A stretch of 64,000 bases of DNA, from positions 4,576 to 68,575 of IMG/VR virus record IMGVR_UViG_3300010354_020206; one strand, given 5' to 3'. Shown one piece after another: positions 57,383-64,000 of the stretch. The stretch's first letter is position 1, and every line of letters starts with the position of its first letter. Origin of the DNA: a virus. The position numbers were made by a program, and so were the translations under genes. The notes under the pieces are model-generated. The model was given only the letters and a program-made list of their open reading frames with translations. It had not been told where the DNA came from and made no database searches.

Positions 57383-58218
57383 GAATTAGGTATGTCTTCT
57401 GTCCAATGATGTGATTTCCAAATGTAAGGCACAAAGATGTTTTCTTGTTCATCCTTTAAGTAAGCAGACCAAGCAGAAAGTGTAGATGGCGCAATTATTA
57501 ATATTTTACATTTACTCAGAATAATTAAGTCAATAAACATAGGTTCATTTTCTATAAATTTTATTGGCTTGTCTATTTCTAAATCTTTAATGAATTCTTT
57601 TGCCCTTTCTGTATTGTCAGAAATTACATAAACTTCATCATAATCATTACTTTTATTTTTTAAAATTGATAAGTAAAAGTCTTTGGGCACTTCTACAGCT
57701 GGAGTATTATCAGTTTCTATGCCCAGCCTGAGGTGTAAACCTAAAATGTTTTTTTGATTTAAATCTGAATAAAATTCATTCACATAATCATATATTTTTG
57801 AATTGAAACTATTTTTTACACTATTGATAAAGTCTTTGATAAAAAAATAATGAAAAAAATATCCCATTACCACAGTATCAAACTCAGGGTCTATTTGTAG
57901 AACATTGTGTTCAAAAACCAATTTTTTATTTTCTATAATTTTATTTAAACTAGATTCTGATAAATTCCAATTCAAATTAGGGAAAATTTCATCAATAGAC
58001 TGAGGCAGCCCCTCTTTTTTTAATAACTTGTGACCACCAAATTGATCTAAATCAGAATCTTTATGAATTAACATTCTAAATTTTTTGAAATCATTTTCCT
58101 GGGGCTTTACAACATGAAATTGCAAATCGCATTCGTATAAATCTTGCAACCTGAAAGCATTTGCCAATTGATATAATCTATTGCCAAAGCCCCCTATAAA
58201 AATTGGATTAATAGCCAT
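57367..58218 (-). CDS. alpha-1,2-fucosyltransferase-like (GT11)
   Basis: GGFGNRLYQLA, GYF, LHLRLG, VISD, STLSAWSAYL. Confidence 0.85.
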   Translation of the reverse strand: MAINPIFIGGFGNRLYQLANAFRLQDLYECDLQFHVVKPQENDFKKFRMLIHKDSDLDQFGGHKLLKKEGLPQSIDEIFPNLNWNLSESSLNKIIENKKLVFEHNVLQIDPEFDTVVMGYFFHYFFIKDFINSVKNSFNSKIYDYVNEFYSDLNQKNILGLHLRLGIETDNTPAVEVPKDFYLSILKNKSNDYDEVYVISDNTERAKEFIKDLEIDKPIKFIENEPMFIDLIILSKCKILIIAPSTLSAWSAYLKDEQENIFVPYIWKSHHWTEDIPNSWNLL

Positions 58219-58944
58219 TTAATATGTGTAATCCTTTTTTCTATGATGTAAGAACATCTGGGGGTAAAGCCTGTCTAAACAAGAATTACCCCATTCTGAA
58301 GGGTCTACCAAAGGCTCTATCCCTTTATTTATTGCTAATAAAGAAAGAACGCTTTGATCATGCCTGTGATCATAGTAACCTGGATAATTATCTCCAAATT
58401 TATTAGGAGTATCTGTTAAAATGAATTCATCTCTGCACAGCTCCAAATACTGCCTTGCAAATTCCAATGAAAAATCATTCTTCTTATAAATTTGATAAGA
58501 TGCATTTAAATGCTTACCATAAACATACTTGTCTTCATCGCAATTCATTAATACAAAAGAGTCTCTTTTGCATGAAATGTAATTTTGAGCACAAACCCCA
58601 TTTTCCATGCCATCTCTATTATCAAAAAGAATAATTCCTTTTTCATCAAAATAATCATAGAGTAAATTTGGATCATTTAAAAAGATGTTACCAGCATCTA
58701 CATAAAATATAATGTCACCATCTTTTACACAACTTAATACATCATAAATGAAATAAGGCTTCCACAACCAATAACCGGCGCCTCTTTTTTGATCTAAAAT
58801 CTTACTATTGGCTTGATAAAATTCTTCTTCTATGTCTTCCTTTGAAAAGCTGAAACAATGATCAAAATAAGAATTAGCACTCTTGATTAAAGATTGCTTT
58901 GCCAATTCGTAATCTGCAGAGCCAAAAACAATCAAATACTTCAT
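58219..58944 (-). CDS. putative GT-A-fold glycosyltransferase
   Basis: RGAGYWLWKPY, FYVDAG, HRHDQSVLSLL motifs; lies within the glycan cluster. Confidence 0.65.
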   Translation of the reverse strand: MKYLIVFGSADYELAKQSLIKSANSYFDHCFSFSKEDIEEEFYQANSKILDQKRGAGYWLWKPYFIYDVLSCVKDGDIIFYVDAGNIFLNDPNLLYDYFDEKGIILFDNRDGMENGVCAQNYISCKRDSFVLMNCDEDKYVYGKHLNASYQIYKKNDFSLEFARQYLELCRDEFILTDTPNKFGDNYPGYYDHRHDQSVLSLLAINKGIEPLVDPSEWGNSCLDRLYPQMFLHHRKKDYTY

Positions 58945-58946
58945 TT

Positions 58947-59492
58947 CTAATCCTTGAATGATTCCAATTTGCTTTTAGCCTTCACATCATTGGGAAATCT
59001 TTTTGTGCATTCAAGCAAAGTTTTAATTGCATCATTCACTCTATTTGTTTTTTCATAACACAGAGCTAATAAATGAAATGTAATATTATCACAGTTTTCT
59101 TTTTTGATAGCTTCTTCAAAATAAGGAATTGCAGAATTAAAGTCTTTAGATTTATAAATAAAAAATCTTCCCAGTTCGTCAACCATGTATGATGATTCAG
59201 GATTATTCTTGACCCCTAATTTTAAATAATTGAGGGCCTTGGCTTTGAATTCTTCACTTCTAGCCTTATTATCCACCGCCATAGACCAATAGTAATAACC
59301 TAAATCAGAGTAAGCTTCTAAATCTTTAGGATTGTACTTTACCTTTTGTTGCACATGGTACAGCATTTCTGGATAATTACCTTCGTGAAAATAATAATCA
59401 GCTTTCAAATGATGAAATTTCCAAGCCTTATCCAAATCTTTTGTTTGAAAATTTAATAAAAGAACACTTGTTAAAAGTAATGTGAGATTCAT
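58947..59492 (-). CDS. exported TPR-repeat protein
   Basis: Hydrophobic N-terminus; TPR patterns AYSDLGYYY, AIPYFEEAI, LALCYEK...FPND. Confidence 0.8.
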   Translation of the reverse strand: MNLTLLLTSVLLLNFQTKDLDKAWKFHHLKADYYFHEGNYPEMLYHVQQKVKYNPKDLEAYSDLGYYYWSMAVDNKARSEEFKAKALNYLKLGVKNNPESSYMVDELGRFFIYKSKDFNSAIPYFEEAIKKENCDNITFHLLALCYEKTNRVNDAIKTLLECTKRFPNDVKAKSKLESFKD

Positions 59493-59542
59493 ATAGCACC
59501 AGTAATGTATAATTTTATATAAATTATAAAGTACATTTCAAA

Positions 59543-60277
59543 ATGAAAAAGTTAATTTATTTTACTATTGGCAAAAACTTATTATTTGTTAATTTATTTA
59601 AAATGTGCATCGAAACTTTAAATAAAACAGGGTACGATGGCGACATACTCATCATCACTGATTGCAAAGAAAAAATCGAAAGACAAATCAAATTTATCAA
59701 TAATATTTACTTTTTAGAATCTGAAAAGTGCACTTTATTGCAATCAAGCGCTAATAAATTCAAAATTTACAAATTTGATAAAATACATGAGTACAATAAA
59801 ATCATTTATTGTGACGTAGATTGCCTATGGTGCAAAAATCCAGATTATTTATTTGAAGTAATCAAAGATGATAAAATTTATGTTTCAAATGAAAGACACT
59901 TGTTATCGGAAAAATATTACAATTGTAATTTAAATGAAAATGAAGTTGAGTTTATAAAAACTAATCAAATCAGAGGTTTCAGTGCTGGATTTTTTGGATT
60001 TACAAATAATTGTATTGAAACTTTTGAAAAGCTCGATAGTTTAATTCAACAGCATCCAGAAAATGCAACCTGGTTAGAGCAACCAGTTTTTGCAACTTAT
60101 CTTTTCAAAAACAATTTATTTTCATTAGATTTTAATAATCTAGTTTCTCACATTGGCAGAACAATCACCCAAAATAATCAAATTTTTGATGGTGTAGTGT
60201 TGCATTTCGGCGGAGATGTCGGAAATTATTTTGAAAAGTATTCTTTCATGTTTCAATGTAAACTCAAAAGGCTATAG
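59543..60277 (+). CDS. GT8-like / nucleotide-diphospho-sugar transferase
   Basis: KIIYCDVD (DxD), FSAGFF, LEQP, LHFGG. Confidence 0.75.
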   Translation: MKKLIYFTIGKNLLFVNLFKMCIETLNKTGYDGDILIITDCKEKIERQIKFINNIYFLESEKCTLLQSSANKFKIYKFDKIHEYNKIIYCDVDCLWCKNPDYLFEVIKDDKIYVSNERHLLSEKYYNCNLNENEVEFIKTNQIRGFSAGFFGFTNNCIETFEKLDSLIQQHPENATWLEQPVFATYLFKNNLFSLDFNNLVSHIGRTITQNNQIFDGVVLHFGGDVGNYFEKYSFMFQCKLKRL

Positions 60278-60279
60278 TT

Positions 60280-60819
60280 ATGCAGTATTTTCAAACACGA
60301 GATGATTTGATTTCATCTTTCCCTAAAAATTCTATTATTGCTGAAATAGGTGTATTCAAAGGGCAATTTTCTAAGATTATCAAAACTTTTCTTAATCCCA
60401 AAGAATTGCATTTGGTTGATATTTTTACTGGAACAATGTGTTCAGGTGATAAAGACGGCAATAACATTGTTTGGATCAATTTGGACCATGAATTCAATGT
60501 CTTAACTAATTATTTTAAAGGTCAAGAAGAAGTTAAATTGCACAAGGGAAAAAGTGAAAACATTATTGCAAATTTCCCCGATGATTATTTTGATGTAATT
60601 TACATTGATGGTGATCATTCTTACGAAGGCGTGAGTATTGATTTGAATTTGGCAAGAAAAAAAGTAAAACCTGGTGGTATCATTTCCGGCCATGATTATG
60701 CATTTAATTTTTTACCTGTTATGCGGGCTGTTAATGATTTTATAGCTCAAAATAATCTAAAAATTGATTTTATAACTTTGGATGGTTGCCCCTCTTTTGG
60801 AATAATTAATAATAAATGA
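60280..60819 (+). CDS. SAM methyltransferase (Methyltransf_24-like)
   Basis: AEIGVFKG, DVIYIDGDHSYE, VKPGGIISGHDY. Confidence 0.9.
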   Translation: MQYFQTRDDLISSFPKNSIIAEIGVFKGQFSKIIKTFLNPKELHLVDIFTGTMCSGDKDGNNIVWINLDHEFNVLTNYFKGQEEVKLHKGKSENIIANFPDDYFDVIYIDGDHSYEGVSIDLNLARKKVKPGGIISGHDYAFNFLPVMRAVNDFIAQNNLKIDFITLDGCPSFGIINNK

Positions 60820-60929
60820 TGAAATTCAATAATTTTGGGCGCACGGGCGTTTTTGTTTTACAAACCGCCCAAAATCATTGAATAACCATCTTACAGGTTC
60901 TAATAAATAAAAATTTTAATCATAGTCTT

Positions 60930-62264
60930 ATGGAAGAAGAAAAATTAGAATTAACGCCTGAACAAATAGAACAGATTCATGCTGATAATAAAAATACTCC
61001 ACCAGAATTGCAACAATTCAGAAGTGATTATGCCAAAACTTTCACTGAAATGCAGCCACAAAGTGCACAACACTTGAATGAATTTAGAGAACAAATACAA
61101 GAAACTACAGATTCTCATTTCAAAAATCTGAGAACATTACCACGAACTGTAAAATCTCCAGATTTTCCAACTTTTGAAGAATGGGTTAAAAATGTAGACA
61201 CTGAAACCTTAAAGCAACAAATCAAAACCAACGCTGAAGAAATAACCAAAAAAAATCCAGAAAAAGTTTACTCAGAAGATGATTTAAAACAAATTCTTGA
61301 TAATAAACTTCAATACTTCTATCATCAAGCAGCACTGTTACATAAATATAACACAGAATTCGGAATAAACTTAGATTATCGCAATCCAGAAGAAAACTTC
61401 AATAAATTTATGTCCGATTACTCAAGCTCTTTAGTAGAGCATTTGGGTGATAAAATTCCAGATACAGCGAACAGAGGTACTATTACATTTGTAATAGGTT
61501 ATTCTGGTGCTGGAAAATCATCGGCGATAGGTGAAGTACAAAAAATACCAAATACTCCGTTTGAAATAAATCAAAACGGTTCTCTGGTCATGGATTCAGA
61601 TAACATACAACCATTTATCCCAGGTTATGCAGGCGGCGCAGGGTCTCAAAATACAAGCGCTTATGCACTATCTATCCATCGTCAATTATTGCAAAAAGCT
61701 ATGGAAGATAACAAAGACGTAGTTATACCAATAGTTGGTGGACAATTAGCTAACATGACTAGTGAAATCGCAAAAGCATTGCTAGCAGGTTATAATAATG
61801 TTGTTATCAAACTTGTCAACACACCAGCTCACGTTAGTTATCAAAATGTAGTTAGTAGAGCAATGCAAGAAGGGGCAAGAATTATTCCCCCAACAGTTGG
61901 CGCATCATCAAATCCATCAGCTGTCTTTGAAACTCTTAGTGGAATTAATTCACAAACTGGAGAAAAAATAACTGATGAAAATCTGGATGATGTAAAAAGA
62001 AAAATTTTAGATGCAATAATTAAAGATTTAGGGGGCAAGAAAAAAGCAGATCCTCAAGAACTGCAAAACAGAATGCAACCTTACAACAACATTGAAGATA
62101 AAGTGCAATTTGAATTAATTCAAACAAGCCGACCAAACTTAGCAAAACTCTTATTACAAACCATAAGATTTGCACAAAAATTCGAAGTTGCCCAAAAGTA
62201 TACAATTTCTGATAAACTTACCAGAATTGCAATGACGATAATTAACAAAAAAACAGGATTTTAA
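60930..62264 (+). CDS. zeta-toxin-like P-loop kinase with helical N-terminal extension
   Basis: VIGYSGAGKSS, MDSDNIQPFIPGY, RAMQEGARIIP (lid-like). Confidence 0.7.
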   Translation: MEEEKLELTPEQIEQIHADNKNTPPELQQFRSDYAKTFTEMQPQSAQHLNEFREQIQETTDSHFKNLRTLPRTVKSPDFPTFEEWVKNVDTETLKQQIKTNAEEITKKNPEKVYSEDDLKQILDNKLQYFYHQAALLHKYNTEFGINLDYRNPEENFNKFMSDYSSSLVEHLGDKIPDTANRGTITFVIGYSGAGKSSAIGEVQKIPNTPFEINQNGSLVMDSDNIQPFIPGYAGGAGSQNTSAYALSIHRQLLQKAMEDNKDVVIPIVGGQLANMTSEIAKALLAGYNNVVIKLVNTPAHVSYQNVVSRAMQEGARIIPPTVGASSNPSAVFETLSGINSQTGEKITDENLDDVKRKILDAIIKDLGGKKKADPQELQNRMQPYNNIEDKVQFELIQTSRPNLAKLLLQTIRFAQKFEVAQKYTISDKLTRIAMTIINKKTGF

Positions 62265-62346
62265 ATAATTTTTTATAATCAAGAAAATAGTGTTGTGTGC
62301 TAGGCACACACTTAAAAATTGTGCGTAGCACATGGAGAAAATAATA

Positions 62347-62913
62347 ATGAAAACAGTATTAGCTGAATTACATGAACTTATTAATGACCTTGAAGATCAA
62401 GGCCTTACCGCAGAAGCATCAACACTCCAAGAAGTGTTTGTAAGAGTTGCTGAAGAAGCCGACATGGATGCAATGGAAGAGCCAGCAGAAGATGATGATC
62501 TCGCAAATGATGTTGCAGGCCTTCTTAAGAGCCACTCCGCGTCTGAAGTATTGGCTGAAATTGCAAAGCAAATGGGTGGTGGCGAAGAGCCAGCATCAGA
62601 ACCAGATGAAACATCTTCTTTCGCATTTGGCGATGAGCCAGATTCTGGGGCAGATCCAGAAAAGCAAGCAATCGTAAGTAAGTATACTATGATGTATATC
62701 ACTCAAAAAATGAGTGCAAACGATGCCTTGGCAGCAGCACAAGCAGAATGGTCAAAACAAGACACTGATCCAATTGTGTTTCAAGAAATTACAAGTGGTA
62801 ATGCTAAGGCTCCTGGACATGATTATGCTGCTGGAATGGCAAAATCTATCCATGAAGAGCAAAGAAGACACAAGGAAAAATATCCTAATTCCTATAGAAG
62901 CATGTACGACTAG
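62347..62913 (+). CDS. tagged paralog family member 1 (acidic)
   Basis: ATG 62347 after a GGAG RBS; leader MKTVLAELHELINDLEDQGL...RVAEE. Confidence 0.8.
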   Translation: MKTVLAELHELINDLEDQGLTAEASTLQEVFVRVAEEADMDAMEEPAEDDDLANDVAGLLKSHSASEVLAEIAKQMGGGEEPASEPDETSSFAFGDEPDSGADPEKQAIVSKYTMMYITQKMSANDALAAAQAEWSKQDTDPIVFQEITSGNAKAPGHDYAAGMAKSIHEEQRRHKEKYPNSYRSMYD

Positions 62914-62932
62914 TCGAAAATTTAATTCAATT

Positions 62933-62963
62933 TAAATCCCCTTACAGAGGGGATTTATTTTTT
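62933..62963 (+). terminator. intrinsic terminator
   Basis: TAAATCCCCT-TACAG-AGGGGATTTA followed by a T-run. Confidence 0.85.
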
Positions 62964-63022
62964 ATAGGTGACAAAACATTTATTTTATAAATATTAAAAT
63001 ATAAACCAATTTGAGGATTCAA

Positions 63023-63799
63023 ATGAAAAAAGTATTAGCAGAATTACATGAATTAATCAATGAGCTCGAGGACAATGGCTTAATTGCAGAAGCTTCCTCC
63101 CTTCAAGAAGTGTTTGTAAGAGTAGCACAAGAAGCTGACGTAAAAGATGATCTTGCAAATGATGTAGAAAATGTTCTTAAAAGTCACAGCGCCGCTGAAG
63201 TTTTGGCAGAAATTGCTAAACAAATGGCATCAGAATCAGAGCCTGAATCTGACACTCAAACCATGTCTTTTGCTTATGAAGGTCCAGAATTTACCGAATC
63301 AGAAAGAACATTAGGAACTGAAAAAAATCCTCTCTACGAGGGCGTTGAGGGCCCACATCGTATGCATGGGGGTTTTCGTATATCGCCGTTGCGACGGCAG
63401 CCACTGGAACGCCAACCTGAACCTGCCCCTTACAAAGAGCCAAAACATGTAATTATGAATGAATTCATTGGTCAAGCCATTAAGGGAGACATGAGACCAG
63501 ATGATGCATATTTTATGATGATTGAAAGACTTCAGTCCAATGGATATAAAATTATTCCTTCTAAACCAGAATTTGATACATATGTAATAAATAAATCAGA
63601 AATAAATCCAAACTTAACTGTACGACAAGACATAGTACCACCCCGTAGTGGAATTGTTAATAGAGGGCAATATCAAACATATGTAAAAGATAAACGTGAT
63701 GTTGACCCAAATTATGACCCAATTAAAGAATTTGATGAGCAAATTAAAGATATGAATAAGAGGTACGAAGGTTATTGGTCCACTGGTAGCCGCTTTTAA
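63023..63799 (+). CDS. tagged paralog family member 2
   Basis: ATG 63023 after a GAGGA RBS; N-terminal region closely similar to the 62347 gene, C-terminus unrelated. Confidence 0.8.
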   Translation: MKKVLAELHELINELEDNGLIAEASSLQEVFVRVAQEADVKDDLANDVENVLKSHSAAEVLAEIAKQMASESEPESDTQTMSFAYEGPEFTESERTLGTEKNPLYEGVEGPHRMHGGFRISPLRRQPLERQPEPAPYKEPKHVIMNEFIGQAIKGDMRPDDAYFMMIERLQSNGYKIIPSKPEFDTYVINKSEINPNLTVRQDIVPPRSGIVNRGQYQTYVKDKRDVDPNYDPIKEFDEQIKDMNKRYEGYWSTGSRF

Positions 63800-63841
63800 A
63801 TTTTAAATCCTTTTATACTAATAAAGATAAGGCAAAGCTAA

Positions 63842-64000
63842 ATGAGAGAAGTATTAGCCCAAATACATAACATTGCAACACAATTAGAAAATAAAAAAGC
63901 ATTCGCACAAGCAGAACAGCTTAATGAAATCTTTATCAAAATAGCAGCAGAAGTAGAAGCTGCTAAAAAGAAAAAGAAAACAAAGAAGAATGTACCAACA
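63842..64000 (+). CDS. tagged protein 3; runs off the right edge of the window
   Basis: Not in the ORF track. MREVLAQIHNIATQLENKKAFAQAEQLNEIFIKIAAEVEAAKKKKKTKKNVPT, open to the window end. Confidence 0.8.
   Translation, partial: MREVLAQIHNIATQLENKKAFAQAEQLNEIFIKIAAEVEAAKKKKKTKKNVPT

Noticed and set aside
49719-60819. Bacterial chromosomal capsule/O-antigen locus (window not phage)
   Set aside because: No export or polymerase genes, no housekeeping context, and it is flanked by phage structural, lysin and orphan genes.
60832-60875. Hairpin with two alternative 5' arms (ATTTTGGGCG and GGGCG) for one 3' arm (CGCCCAAAAT)
   Set aside because: Most simply a terminator-like structure after the methyltransferase gene; too short to argue for a switch.
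1-64000. Stop-codon reassignment, as in some large phages
   Set aside because: Conserved genes are full length in the standard code, coding density is high, and TAG and TGA both end genes at sensible positions.

Overview
A dense, AT-rich window that reads as part of a large (jumbo-type) tailed dsDNA phage genome in the standard genetic code. I saw no rRNA, tRNA, CRISPR array, integrase or transposase. 1-12.6 kb: a leftward replication/recombination block with a partial DnaE (absent from the ORF track), a stand-alone primase-type CHC2 zinc finger, DnaB, a DnaC-like loader, a Ycf46-like AAA+ ATPase and an SbcC/Rad50 split around SbcD/Mre11. 12.6-22.5 kb: hypotheticals, a DUF1599-like protein, RusA and exported proteins. 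22.5-27.3 kb: class Ia nrdB-nrdA flanked by two structured non-coding segments, plus a nitrilase-family hydrolase. 27.3-46.6 kb: fibre/receptor-binding genes, including two giant Ser/Thr/Gly-rich modular proteins (2917 and 2306 aa). 46.7-49.7 kb: GH108 lysin, signal peptidase I and a structural protein. 49.7-60.8 kb: a 13-gene glycan synthesis/modification cluster. 60.9-64 kb: a zeta-toxin-like kinase and a tandem paralog family. The best leads are (i) a portable ~33-aa helical tag ending [RK][VIL]A[QEA] on unrelated proteins, possibly a capsid-loading or protease signal; (ii) a 107-aa insert just before the DnaE catalytic motif that looks like a degenerate internal duplication; (iii) a candidate kissing-loop ncRNA; (iv) a GME plus fucosyltransferase-like glycosylation pathway next to Ser/Thr-rich fibres; and (v) a recurring AGG-N19-TAA promoter-like motif. 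All family assignments come from motif recognition by eye, not database searches.
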